A stretch of 63,737 nt of DNA, the filler included, from Octopus bimaculoides (Eukaryota): NCBI RefSeq assembly GCF_001194135.2. It is 4 parts of 4 records of this genome, joined end to end, with 100 filler letters (N's around TTAATTAATTAA, not from the genome) between each part and the next. Parts side by side here need not be neighbours in the genome. Positions count along the whole stretch, not along the records: positions 1 to 21,567 come from NC_068987.1; positions 21,668 to 47,897 come from NC_068999.1; 2 more parts are not named here. One strand, written 5' to 3'. Position numbers and translations under genes: made by a program. Shown piece after piece: positions 11,340-24,080 of this stretch (its first letter is position 1; the number at the start of each line of letters is the position of its first letter). The notes under the pieces were generated by a model, which had not been told where the DNA came from, did no database searches, and saw only the letters and a list, made by a program, of their open reading frames with translations.

Positions 11340-11870
11340 CCCCTGACTTTTCATCACTGTTATCACCTTACTATCACTTTTACTATTATATTTGAAAAAA
11401 CAAATATTTTTCACCTTTTTAGTTCTTTAATTCTTTTTCCTCGCTATTTATATTGTTTTCATCAGCGGTGTCTTCTTACCTCCCCTTTCACTTTGCCCTA
11501 CACTTCTCACATACACTGTGATCACACCATCCTTCCACACCCCATTATCCCTTACCACTACACTCCAACACTTGCCAACCTGCACACACACACACACACC
11601 AAGAAAATACACCTCATCCCTCTACATGCATCATACATACATTCTCCTTATACCCTTCTCTGAGCGCGGATACCTTCCAATACAAGCACACACCATCCTG
11701 TCTCCTCTTCCCTTCATACACCCCCTCCCCCTAAACACCGATCTGCATTATCCCCTGGCTTCTAACCCTTTTCTTCATTTTTAGTTTTCTTTCTTTCCCC
11801 ACCACGTTTCCTCCTTTTTTTTTCTGATGAAAGACTAGCGTCCGAAACGTCAGCACTTTCTTTTTTTCTA
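11340..11870 (+). mobile_element. Penelope-like 3' relic ending in a degenerate hammerhead core
   Basis: C-rich tract followed by CTGATGA-aagactagcgtcc-GAAAC-GTC at 11824-11851. Confidence 0.5.
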
Positions 11871-11943
11871 TTTTTAAATGTCAAACTACTTCAACATTTG
11901 TTAAAGCTAGTCATCTTTATTGTTTTGCTCACTGCTTTGTTTA

Positions 11944-11946
<3 letters not shown>

Positions 11947-12030
<84 letters not shown>
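11947..12030. repeat. (GT)n microsatellite
   Basis: Direct reading. Confidence 0.95.
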
Positions 12031-12033
<3 letters not shown>

Positions 12034-12775
12034 CATGTGTGTTTGTGTGTGTGTAGTATTCTGCAAAGGTATTGTGCACTTCAAACAGAAGAAATTGCAT
12101 TTAAATTTGGATAACATTAGTAGAAATAAGATTACATAATATGGTATGATACTTTGTAAATTGGGTTATCATGATATTCCAGTAGCCTGTGCATTCATGA
12201 CATAACTGGTTGCTATGCATGTGCAGATGTATACATGCACATATATGCATGAGCATGCATGCACAAACATGCATGCTCACAGAAATAAAATTTTCCTGTC
12301 ATAATACTAGTATTATGTAATCTTCACCATTCCATCTAATTCTTTCTCTTTTTCAAAGCTGACAATTTTCTCTTTCATCTAATTAGTATTAAATTTACAC
12401 ACATACTTTCATCAGACTCCCACACATATCTCCGTGCATATGTGTGTGTGTAGAGAGAGAGAGAGCGAGAGAGAGATGGGGGAAGGCAGAGATAGATATA
12501 ATTTGCGACGTTTAATTTTTGTCTCAGTAAAGTATATCGCTGTGATCGTTTTTTGATTACTCCATAATTTTAGCTTAATTGAAAACTGATAAAGAAAACT
12601 CTGAGAGTGTATGTGCATGCATATGCATGTGTGTTTTCGTATGTGTGCACGTGCATGTGTGTGTTTGCGTGTTTTGCGTATGTATATGTGTGCGTGCATG
12701 TGTGTTTTACATAACACTAGAATTGTTCCAGCAAGCACTAATGAAGTGTCTTTTTAACATCTTGATATAATAATG

Positions 12776-12824
<49 letters not shown>

Positions 12825-13789
12825 TGATGATAATAATAATCATATAAAAATGCATACACAGATGCTTCGTAGCAGCACACAACACACGCATTATATATAC
12901 ACACTCTCACATAAAACTCTCTCTCTCTCCCTTTCTCTCTATCTCTCTCTCTCTCTCTCTCCCTCTCTCTCTCTCCCTTTCTCTCTCTCTCTCTCTCTCT
13001 CTCCCTCTTTCCCTCTCTCTCCCCTCAATTTGACTTAATGCTGATATCACAATAGAATTGGCACTCTGAAGGCCTTCTTGAATGTTCTCGCATTACACTT
13101 TTTTTTTATTGTAATTTATTTTATTACATTTTGTTTGTTTATTTGTGTGTGTGTGTGTGTGTATATATATATTATGTATTTGTTTTGCTTTGTTTTTTTT
13201 TGTTTTTGTTTTTGTTTTTGTTTTTTTTCGCTCTGACAGAGAAACCTCTGAAGAGAATTGTAATTTGGCAAGTAGAAGTAAAAATTAGATTTCAATAGAA
13301 TTACTTTTGAGTTGTGTTCTGTGTGTGCAAAAGAGGAAGGGGATCCCAGTTGAAAGCCCCAAAAATGTAATCCAAAAAACATCATCTTTTATATTAGATA
13401 TTTACTGTAATTAAATCAGTGTGCGTACGTGTGTGTGTGTGTGTGTGTGTTCCTGTATGTACGAGAGAGAATGCATGTGTATGTGTAATTGTGTATTGTG
13501 TACTTCTCTGTTTGTATGGTTGTGTTTCTGTCTTTGGTTTCTATGGTAACATCTTGGATTTTTAGCTGTGTTATAGTGTTATTCAGCTTTATCCATTTAT
13601 GATAACTCTTTTATTTTGTTCCGATTTCTTTCTTTCATTTACTCTTTTGTGACTGTGTTCTTGAGTATCAATGTCAGTGGGTGGGGGAAAAAAGCCCACC
13701 TTCACCACCACCACCACCACCACCACCACCATTTTCTTCTATATTCATATTTTCCATCAAATTACTACTACTACTATTACTCTTATTTT

Positions 13790-14055
13790 TGTTATTACCT
13801 CCACCTTAGTGAAAGCAGAGGTATTGTTTTTGGTTGCGTTTGTTTGTTTGTCTGTGGACAAGATATCTGAAGAACTGTTGGATGAATTCGGATGAAACTT
13901 TCAGAGATGTTTGGCCTCATGACTGGCATGAACTGATTAGATTTTAGCATCGATCCTGTAACGGACAAGGATTCTGGATTATTATTCCTGAATTTTTACT
14001 TAATTTTTGAGAGCAGTCGGGTTTATTTCAGGTATTCTCATTTTAAAAATCATCA
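13790..14055 (+). mobile_element. Helentron-like element, partial copy of 8755-9127
   Basis: ttattacctccaccttagtgaaagcagaggtattgtttt..ggacaagatatct..aaactgattagattttagcatcgatc. Confidence 0.6.
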
Positions 14056-14109
14056 AAATAAATACAGTAATGAAAGGGTTAAACAGTACTGAAAAATATA
14101 TTTCCATTC

Positions 14110-14545
14110 TCCAAGACAGTGAGCTGGTAGGATTGTTACCAATCTGACAAAAATGTTTAGTACCATTCCATCCGTCTTTATTCTCTGGATTTCATCTCTC
14201 TCCAAGATCTTAGGTTTTCATCCTTTTGAGATTGATGAAATAAGTACAAGTTGAGCCCTGGTATTGATGTAATTAACTAATTCCTTCCCACAAAATTTGA
14301 GCCCTTGTGCCTGTCGCAGAAAGAATTGTTGAAATATTGTCCAAGATGGCGAGCTGGTAGAATCATTGCTATGCCACTCAATTAAAGCTTAGTGGCATTT
14401 CTCTGGTCTTGACAATATAAATTCAGGTTCCATCAAAGTTGACTTTGCCTTTTATCCTATCAAGGTCGATGAAATAAGTACCAGACAAGTAGTGGGGTTA
14501 ATGTTATCGACTAGCGCCCTCACCCCAAATTCCAGGTTTTAAGAC
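14110..14545 (+). mobile_element. Two decayed family A SINEs in tandem
   Basis: Two successive gagctggtag..ttcatcc..gatgaaataagtac units. Confidence 0.75.
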
Positions 14546-14559
14546 TATATTAGAGAGGA

Positions 14560-14835
14560 CTTTGTGTGTTGGTGCCACGTGGAAAGCACCCATGCCAGTG
14601 TCATGTATAAAGTACCCATGCTGGTGCCACATATAAAGCATCGGTACTGGTTCCACACAAAGAGCACTCAGTACACTTTGTAAAGTGACTGGCATTAGGA
14701 AGGACTTCCAGTGGTAGAAACCATACCAAAACAGACAATTGGAGCCTGGTGCAGCTCTCTGGATTGCCAGCTCCTGTCAAACCAGCCATCCCATGCCAGC
14801 ATTGAAAACGGATATAAAATGACAATAATGATGAT
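14560..14835 (+). mobile_element. RTE LINE 3' UTR/tail fragment
   Basis: gctggtgccacatataaagc..ggcattaggaaggacttccag..ggagcctggtgcagc..cccatgccagcattgaaaacgg + (GAT)n; related to 63500-63737. Confidence 0.7.
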
Positions 14836-15474
14836 GGTAATGGCGGTGGCAGCGATGGGGATATACATTGTATCCTAGTATTTCTTGGTAACTGATGGGT
14901 TTGGCAAGTAGGTGCTAGTTATTGGTCTGTTTAATTGGAACCCGATTTTAGAGGGCTGGCGTAAATTTGGAAAAGGTGGGTAACATTTGGAGAAGGTTAG
15001 GAGGAGATAACTGACATTATCTACATATAGGGGTCATGTGTATGGTTTCTGGGGGCAGATAAAGGTTAAAAAGAGTGAGAGAGGAAATGGATATTTTATA
15101 GCTTTCAGTTCATAAAATTACCAATTCCAGATATTTTCTTGTTGTATGTACATTCCTTGTAATCCATTCTCTTTACAAAACTTGGTCATGTGCCAAAGAA
15201 TGAAGCCCTAACCATTAAAGGTGGTCATCAAGGTACAGCTGTTGGTCTTCTAAGGTAGGGAGTTTGTCGGTTAGTTGGAATTTCATTATCTCATACTGCT
15301 GATTACTCTTCGATGAAATTAATGAATATCACAACTTCTCGTTACTTTTCAAGTATATTTAAGGTTTCAAAACGTGTGAGAAATTATTTATGTATATGTT
15401 TTTGCACCTAAATTGACTTAGAAATATATATAGTTGGTTCCTTTTGGGATGGCTCCAAGCATTCCCGAACCTCC

Positions 15475-15509
<35 letters not shown>

Positions 15510-16145
15510 CTTTCAAAGTTAACTGCACTTCATAAATTGTAACCGGAGTTTTGCCAAGAATATCATCATCAGATGCCTGGAACCGTTCAACTAATTCTTC
15601 TAACATCAATGCCCCTCCCCCCTTGCCGCCCACTCCAAAACAAAAAAAAAATAATTCATCTTCCTCTTCGCTAATTTCCTCATCTTTGCCTAAAATTTTC
15701 CTTTAGAGAAATTACAATTTAGTCCATTCTCTATTTAGTACAATCTTTGATTCCCTCCCCCAAATACGATAAATGAAGATTATATATGCATATACATATA
15801 TACATATATATATATATACACACATATATATATATCAGTGTGTGTGTGTAAATTTCACATATAAATACTCTTTGTTAATAGTATGGATTACTATATTTTC
15901 TTACTCAAGCTATAAACATCAGCTTATCCTCACCATCATTGTTGTCGTCATCATCACCATCGTCATCGTTTAACATTCACTTTTTCATGCCTGCATGTGT
16001 CGGGCAGAATTTGTTTAGGCAGGTTGCCCAAGGTGCCACGCTGTGGGACTAAACCCGAAACCACATGTTTGCAAGCAAAGCGAGCTTCTTTTTTTTCTTT
16101 TTTCTTTTCTCTTCTTTTTTTTTTATATTATTTATTTATTTTTAG

Positions 16146-16187
16146 AAAATCTTATTTCTCAACATAGAAGAGCCATTTATGCTGTTG
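16146..16187 (+). CDS. Candidate 42-nt symmetric (phase 1) exon, ENLISQHRRAIYAV
   Basis: Long T-rich tract then tttag| acceptor; TTG|gtaaga donor; open in frame. Faint WD40-like H..AIYAV pattern. Confidence 0.35.
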
Positions 16188-17085
16188 GTAAGATGTTAAA
16201 AGAATTAGGAAAAGTCTAGTACTTAATGAAACATTTGCTAATGTAGTATATATTAAAACATTTCAGCATAATCTCAGACCTTTTTATGATCCTCATCAGT
16301 GTTATATTTTAGATTTAACTTCCATTTTTCCATATCTTTACTTGCAAGTGTATATATGCAATGTAGCAACCTTCTCTAATATATTCATAACATAATCTGT
16401 ATGTGTGTGTGTGTGTGTGTGTGTGGATTTGTAGTGTGTGTATATACATGTGTTTGTGCATTTGTGTGTGTGCATGGATATATATGCACGAAGTGTGGGC
16501 AGTGTACATGACTTTAATTTTAATGTTTTTTTCATTTTTGTCAGGATCTTATAATGTGTGTGCGCGTGTGGGTGTGTGTGCGTGCGCGCGTGGTGGTGGC
16601 AGTGATGGGATGGGGGTCACGGTTCATACAGGGTTCAATGAGTTAAATCAATCTTCAAAAGATCCTTCAGCTGGTTCAGCAAGACTGGCTTAATATGTCA
16701 TACCTGATGCGATATTTATTCCAACAAGATCTAAGCGATTCGCTAGAATTATGTTTCTCACACATCAACTTGCCGAAGCATATTCATCAGGTTTTAAAAC
16801 CATTAGCTTTGATCACAGAATGGATTTGATTTTTGTTGCTCGCAAAAGATCAATAAGTCATCTTTGAACGTTGCAATAGAACCTGACCTCAGAAGGGTCA
16901 CAAATGAAATAAAGCTGACAATTTATTATGTATTAGAATAGGATTACCATAATTAAAATGAGACCCAGCTGAAATAGTAATTTTCCATATTTTGGCGCTC
17001 CCTCTCTCTTATACTGTCTTCAGTTTTCTTTCCAAAGATTTCCAAATTTTAATACTGTATTCTTCCATGTTTCTCCCTTTTCTTC

Positions 17086-17140
<55 letters not shown>

Positions 17141-17304
17141 CACCCTTCATTACCATTTACCTCTAAGCTGCATTATTTATCCAGCGCCATGGATGTGATC
17201 TAAAAATCACTGATGGTTAGGTGCTGGTGCTGGTGGTGAAGCTAATATACCATTATTTTCTTCTGTTCAGATTGGGTTTCTCAGTTGCTACATGGAAAAG
17301 AAAG

Positions 17305-17756
17305 TATTGGGCCCTCCCATAAATAATGCGGTTTTTTTCAATTGCATGAAATAAAAGTTGGGGGGGTGGATAAATTACCTGCATCAGCTTGCTATAAAAG
17401 CAAGTAGTAATTTTACCTTGTACTTATTCTTAGTGCAAGATTTGAAGAGTGCAGTTCATTTTTAATAATTATTTTTTCGAAGCTATAATGAGAGTTGACA
17501 AAGGAGCATATTTGGCATATTTTTGCTTTATGAGTTCAATAAAGGCAACAACGCAATGGAAAGTGTTAAGAATATTAATGCAGTATATGGGGATCGGACA
17601 ATAAGTGTAAGCCAGTGTCAAAGATGGCTCCAGAAATTCCGAGCCGGAAACTACAGCCTAGATGATGATCCGCATCTTAGAAGATCTATAGAGTTTGACA
17701 AGGACATCCTGCAAACCCTGGTGGAACGAAATCCCTCTGTAACTGTTGAGGAACTA
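17305..17756 (+). mobile_element. mariner transposon 5' fragment (TIR, UTR, transposase N-terminal HTH)
   Basis: TIR-like tattgggccctcccataaataatgcgg; ORF from ATG 17488 MRVDKEHIWHILLYEFNKGNNAMESVKNINAVYGDRTISVSQCQRWLQKFRAGNYSLDD, Mos1-type HTH; truncated at (TA)n. Confidence 0.85.
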
Positions 17757-17768
17757 TATATATATATA

Positions 17769-18178
17769 TACAGAGTGGGCCAAAGTTATGTTCAAAATAA
17801 GTTCAATACACTCCAGAAGTGTCAAAGACATGTTCAGTTTTTCTAAATAATAATAATAATGATAATAATAATAATAATGATAATCCTTTCTGCTGGAAGC
17901 ACAAGGCTTCATATTTGGGGGAAGGGATTAAGTCGATTACATTGACCCCAGTGCATAACTGGTACTTATTTAATCAACCCTGAAAGGATGAAAGGCAAGG
18001 TCAACCTCGGCGGAATTTGAACTCAGAATGTAACGTCAGACGAAATACCACTAAGTATTTCTCCTGGTGTGCTAACGATTCTGCCAGCTCGCTGCCTTGA
18101 GTATAGTAGTAATAATAATAATAATAATAATAAATAAAATGTTATATTTTAGCATGTGACTTTTGGCCCACCATCTGT
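17769..18178. mobile_element. Tc1/mariner-like MITE with a family A SINE (minus, ~17885-18100) inserted
   Basis: Left cagagtgggccaaagttatg versus right gtgacttttggcccaccatctgt (imperfect TIRs). Confidence 0.55.
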
Positions 18179-18380
18179 GTGTGTCTTTGTGTCTTTTTCT
18201 TCTCCATCTTCCTCACCCCCACTGACAACCGGGATTGGTTTATTTATGTCCCCTTAACTTAATGGTTTGACAAAATGACTGATAAAAGTAGTACCAGAAA
18301 GACAAAAATATGCCTTAGCATTGGGGGTTGATATTGCCTCAGCATGGCCCCACAGTCCTATGTCTGTAACAAGTAAAAAA
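18175..18380 (+). mobile_element. SINE B 3' half
   Basis: ctgacaaccgggattggtttatttatgtcccc..cagcatggccccacagtc..aacaagtaaaa. Confidence 0.7.
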
Positions 18381-18471
18381 TAGATCCTTTGCACCATTTT
18401 CATACATGATCCCAATTCCTCTCCTTCCTGACAAAGAATTCCTAATAAAAGAAAATTTCGATGGTCTTTAC

Positions 18472-18508
<37 letters not shown>

Positions 18509-18778
18509 AGAGAAAGAGAAAAAGTGTGTGTGTGTGTGTGTTTGTTGGCAGGATTAACACATGATGTTAACATGTAGCAACTGTATATGCAGTTAGTTTA
18601 GTTAGAAGAAGGTTCCAGGCTCATGGAATTATTTGTCAATAAATTCTCCTAGCAACTTGTTTCCAACTGAACTTCAAACTATTGACTGAAGTTGCTATAT
18701 ATAACATTGTACGGAGAGGAGTTAGAAGGAAGGGGTGCAAAAAAGTGTAGGGGGGGAGCAGCATAAGTAAGTGCCCTA

Positions 18779-19170
18779 TTTAACCCTCTAGCATTCAGAT
18801 TATTCTGTTGAATGCAATGCATACTCATTCACATTGATTTTAATTAATCATGCATTATCTTGTAGTTTTGAGATTTCAATGATGTGATTGTTTTTGTTTT
18901 GAATGACATTGTTAGGTAGGCACGAGAGGCCAGATCTGGCCAATTTGAACATTAACCCTTTAGTGTTCACATTATTCTGCCAAAATTAATGCTTTTTCAT
19001 CCACATTGTTTTGAACTCATCATGCATTATCTTGTAGCTATGAGATTTTGATGAGGTACCTGTTAATTTTTAAAACGATATTGTAGGGTTGGTGTGAGAG
19101 ACCAGATCTGGTCAGTTTGAACATAAAACAGGCAGAATACTTTTGGCCAGATGTGGTTGGTTTAAATGTG
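18779..19170. mobile_element. Two partial copies of the TTAACCCTTTAG piggyBac-like MITE
   Basis: ttaaccctctagcattcagattattctg (18780) and ttaaccctttagtgttcacattattctg (18953) with a shared body. Confidence 0.7.
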
Positions 19171-20014
19171 TTCATACTTTTCTGCCCGGTTCCTATTCAA
19201 AACTGTCTACAGATCACAACCATCTCATTAACTTGCGTTCATGAGGAGTGTTTTGCGCTCTGATGGTTGTGAAAAAGTTGAGAAAATCTGAAAAATTTTC
19301 TTTTTGAAGTGTTACTGGGGATGTCTCTGCTTCTCACAGCATTCGGAGAGGGTTATTATTATTATTATTTTTTTTTTTTTTTTCAAAGCTGTGGGCTAAA
19401 ACCACTCTCCACANNNNNNNNNNATATCCCCTTACTGCATTCAAAGAAATGTAAAAAAAAAAAAAAAAGGTAGAAGAAAAGGAGGCATCAGACAATATCT
19501 GAATAGAAAATACCCTTTAACCATAGGTCAACTTGATCAAACCTGATCTGGGACTAAATTAGAAATAATACACCAACCATGTATTGAGGTCATTTTAATT
19601 ACATACCTTCCTCAAAATCTATGGCCTTCTGTTTGCGTTAGAAATGTATATTAGTAAATAAACAGCTGTAAAAGCTGCTTTAAAAAAAGCCAAAAGGAGA
19701 ACATCGATTAGTATCAACAACAGATAGCTTGTTAGGAACAGCAACAAGCAAACAAACAAAAGCTCATCAGAGGGCTTCTATTCTGCAACAATGATCACCT
19801 CAAGTAATTAATATCATATTGATTTTAGCAATTAGCTTCAAAGATAGCGAGGTTTTTGTTTATTTATTAATTTGTTTGTTTGTTTGTTTGTTTTTGTTCT
19901 CCCTTTTATAGTCAAGCTCAAAAGGTGGGGTTGCTTGTAAAGAGCAGTGCTTTGCTCTGGTTTCATGGGAGAAGAAATCTTATAAAAAACAGGAAAAAAA
20001 GGGGGAAAAAAGGC

Positions 20015-20200
20015 ACACACAGTGGCTGGGTGGTTAAGAAGCATGTGCCTGCCGCAACCACATGGTTTCAAGGTCAGTTCCACTTCGTGGCACCTTGGGC
20101 AAGTGTCTTTTAATTATAGCCGTAGGCCAATCAATGATGACTAAGTGAATTTGGTACATGGAAACTGTGAGGGTGTCCATTGTGTATGTGTATACATACG

Positions 20201-20244
<44 letters not shown>

Positions 20245-20467
20245 CCTTGCATCTTTTACTCGTTTCGGTCATTGGACTGTGACCATGCTGGAGCACTGCC
20301 TTGAAGTATTTTAGTCAAATGAATCAACTCCATTTTTTTTTCCTTTTTTAAAGTCTGGTATTTATTGTATCAGCCTATTTTACCAAAACCACTAAGTTAT
20401 GGAGACATAAACACAGCAACACCGGTTGGCAGGTGGTGGTGGTGGGGAACAAACAAAGATACACACG

Positions 20468-20510
<43 letters not shown>

Positions 20511-20660
20511 CAGGCTTCTTTCAGTTTCCATCTTCCGAATCCACTCATAAGGCTTCAGTTGGCCCTAGGCTATAGTAGAAGACATTTGCTCAAGGTTCCA
20601 TGCACTAGGACTGAACCTGGAACCATGCGGTTGGAAAGCTAGCTTCTTACCACACACCCA
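20015..20660. mobile_element. Inverted pair of family B SINEs (plus ~20015-20170, minus ~20245-20660)
   Basis: Head and body on both strands. Confidence 0.8.
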
Positions 20661-20741
20661 CGCCTGCACCTATATATATATACACACACACATACAGATA
20701 TATATATAAATTTTTGACACTATATTACAAACAGTAAATGT

Positions 20742-21135
20742 TTAAACCTTTTGATACCAACCCGGCTGAAACCGCCTCTGGCCTTGTAGTACAAATGTCT
20801 TGCCTTTCAAAAGTTCTGAATTAAAATCTTCCACCAAACTTTAGTCTCAATTTATGTTCCTGACACTAGCTTAATGATAACTAAGTTATTTTACTAAATT
20901 CTTTGTTATATTTTAAATTAATTGAAAGAAACACAGTGTCTCAACAGAAATATGGTAACAAAAGGGTTAAAATATATAATAGAGAAACAATTCTTAACCC
21001 ATTCAATACCAACCCGGTTGAAACCGCCTCTGGCCTTGTAGTACAAATGTCTTGCCTTTCAAAAGTTCTGAATTAAAATCTTCCACCAAACTTTAGTCTC
21101 AATTTATGTTCCTGACACTAGCTTAATGATAACCT
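20742..21135. mobile_element. piggyBac-like MITE (20742-20970) plus a partial duplicate (~20995-21135)
   Basis: ttaaaccttttgatacc..ggtaacaaaagggttaa; ~130 bp repeated almost identically. Confidence 0.75.
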
Positions 21136-21611
21136 ATATATCTAAATGTATGTATGTATGAAAATTTTTGACACCATATTACAAACTGTAAATGATTAAA
21201 GAAAGATGACAGTCTTTGTGTGTTTCTGAAATGCTATCTTGTTTGTGTCTTCCATGCTGCAGTAATTTCAGTTACAACACAAGATCTAAAGTGCAAAACA
21301 TTTGCCATGCATCTCCATAATATGTATGTGCGTGTATGCATGTATATATATATATATATATACATACATATGTGTGTGTGTATATGCAAGTCGAAACTAA
21401 AAACAAAAGCAAGAAAAATTAAAAAGACGTACACAGTGAATGTATTAGGTTGACACTCAGTTTAAGATATACATATGTGTGTGTGTATATATATATATTT
21501 GTATATATATATGTCTGTGTGTTTTGTGTGTGGATATGTATCTATATATATATATATATATATATATNNNNNNNNNNNNNNNNNNNNNNNNNNNNNNNNN
21601 NNNNNNNNNNN

Positions 21612-21623
21612 TTAATTAATTAA
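21612..21623. other. Assembly spacer TTAATTAATTAA inside an N gap (also 47942-47953 and 62373-62384)
   Basis: Identical 12-mer embedded in similar-length N runs three times; not biological. Confidence 0.9.
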
Positions 21624-21970
21624 NNNNNNNNNNNNNNNNNNNNNNNNNNNNNNNNNNNNNNNNNNNNTATTATGCATATACATACATACATACATACATG
21701 CGTACATACATACATACATACATACATACATACATACATACATACATACATACATACCATGTGAGATATACAGCTTTTTCTATTAACGTACAATTTTAGG
21801 CTCGCCCTGTCAGGAAACTGATTACAGTGCGGCCATTTTTACTGTGACTTTTGTTTCTTTTAATCTTTAGCTGTATACGTATGTGTGTGTGTGTGCGTGT
21901 GTGTGTATGTGTGTATTTGTAAATGCGTGTGTTTCTTTCTGATCGTGTGTGTGAGTCTATGAGTATATAG

Positions 21971-22012
<42 letters not shown>

Positions 22013-23180
22013 ATATACGTGGGGGTATGTGTGGGATCTATCTTTGTGTGTGTGAATGTTTGTGTGTGTGTCTGTGTGTGTGTCTGTGTGTGTATCTGTG
22101 TGTGTGTCTGTGTGTGTGTGTGTGTNNNNNNNNNNNNNNNNNNNNNNNNNNNNNNNNNNNNNNNNNNNNNNNNNNNNNNNNNNNNNNNNNNNNNNNNNNN
22201 NNNNNNNNNNNNNNNNNNNNNNNNNNNNNNNNNNNNNNNNNNNNNNNNNNNNNNNNNNNNNNNNNNNNNNNNNNNNNNNNNNNNNNNNNNNNNNNNNNNN
22301 NNNNNNNNNNNNNNNNNNNNNNNNNNNNNNNNNNNNNNNNNNNNNNNNNNNNNNNNNNNNNNNNNNNNNNNNNNNNNNNNNNNNNNNNNNNNNNNNNNNN
22401 NNNNNNNNNNNNNNNNNNNNNNNNNNNNNNNNNNNNNNNNNNNNNNNNNNNNNNNNNNNNNNNNNNNNNNNNNNNNNNNNNNNNNNNNNNNNNNNNNNNN
22501 NNNNNNNNNNNNNNNNNNNNNNNNNNNNNNNNNNNNNNNNNNNNNNNNNNNNNNNNNNNNNNNNNNNNNNNNNNNNNNNNNNNNNNNNNNNNNNNNNNNN
22601 NNNNNNNNNNNNNNNNNNNNNNNNNNNNNNNNNNNNNNNNNNNNNNNNNNNNNNNNNNNNNNNNNNNNNNNNNNNNNNNNNNNNNNNNNNNNNNNNNNNN
22701 NNNNNNNNNNNNNNNNNNNNNNNNNNNNNNNNNNNNNNNNNNNNNNNNNNNNNNNNNNNNNNNNNNNNNNNNNNNNNNNNNNNNNNNNNNNNNNNNNNNN
22801 NNNNNNNNNNNNNNNNNNNNNNNNNNNNNNNNNNNNNNNNNNNNNNNNNNNNNNNNNNNNNNNNNNNNNNNNNNNNNNNNNNNNNNNNNNNNNNNNNNNN
22901 NNNNNNNNNNNNNNNNNNNNNNNNNNNNNNNNNNTATATATATATGTATATGTAAGTACACACACATATATATACATACATGCATACATACATACATACA
23001 TACATATATGTGTGTGTGCGAATGCGTGTACAAAGGCGAGAAACGCTGGCTGAGTGTATACGTTACCGGATAAAGAGTTCTCCACATACTTATCTGTCTG
23101 TAGTTCACGTAGCTATATACGTCAGCTCTTGGAAAACTTAGTCCAAAGGTGACAATACAGTTAAATTGATGAACCTTCTC

Positions 23181-23223
<43 letters not shown>

Positions 23224-23599
23224 CGTTGTTGTTGTTGTTTCACACAGCATCGGCTATGATCAAAGCTGGCCCAACGGTAATCCATCTTGTCTTTTACATG
23301 TTGGACAACATGTACCAAGGATTACATTACGCAATGTACCACGCCCATTGTAAAGTCCATAGAATCTAAACTGAGAGAGATTTGGTTCGGTTGCTGTTTC
23401 TTGTAGTAGGAGGAGGAGGAGGAGGAGGAGGAGGAGGAGGACGAGGAGGACGAGGAGGACGAGGAGGAGGAGGAGGAGGAGATCTGAAATCGACATGCAA
23501 ATGTTTTCACATATTACACATTGGATCATCTGATTTACGATTGAGGACATTGCAAACAAAGCCATCATACACACATGTATACACAGATACATACCTACT

Positions 23600-24080
23600 G
23601 TAACCTAGCGGTTTGGCAAAAGACAACCGATAGAATAAGTACCACTCTTTAAAATATAAGCCCTGAGGTTGATTTGTTCAAATAATACCCTTCAAGATGC
23701 CGCCCCAACATGGCCGTAATCAAAAATGACTGAAACATTTAAAAGATGATACATAAGTACGTACATACATTCGTACGTATGTCGCATATACATACATACG
23801 CACGTATGTACATAGATACATGCATACATACACGGAGGCGCGTGGTTCAGTAGTTAGGATGTTGGACACGGACACGTGATCTTAAGATTGTGGTCTCGAT
23901 ACCTGGACTATGTGACGCGTTGTATTCTTGAGCAAAACACTTCATTTCACACTGCTGCAGGCCGCTCAGTCGACAAACATGAATAATCCTGCGATGCACC
24001 GGCGTCCCGTCCAGAAGCAGGGGAATGTATGCTACGAAACCCGGGAAACCAGCCCAATTAATTTATATGCCTCGTTAAGG
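23600..24080 (+). mobile_element. SINE B 3' half (~23600-23750) and SINE C (~23835-24080)
   Basis: gtaacctagcggtttggcaaaag..; ggaggcgcgtggttcagtagttagg..ttcttgagcaaaacacttc..gatgcaccggcgtcccgtccag. Confidence 0.8.

Noticed and set aside
15418-15633. Minus ORF LEELVERFQASDDDILGKTPVT
   Set aside because: Protein-like but has no usable donor or acceptor and no recognisable family.
21612-21623. Recurrent TTAATTAATTAA as a biological motif
   Set aside because: Always embedded in N runs; assembly spacer.
21796-23085. Long X-filled ORFs (also near 30.7, 34.9, 48.7, 52, 53.4, 54.8 and 57.6 kb)
   Set aside because: Open only because N gaps contain no stop codons.
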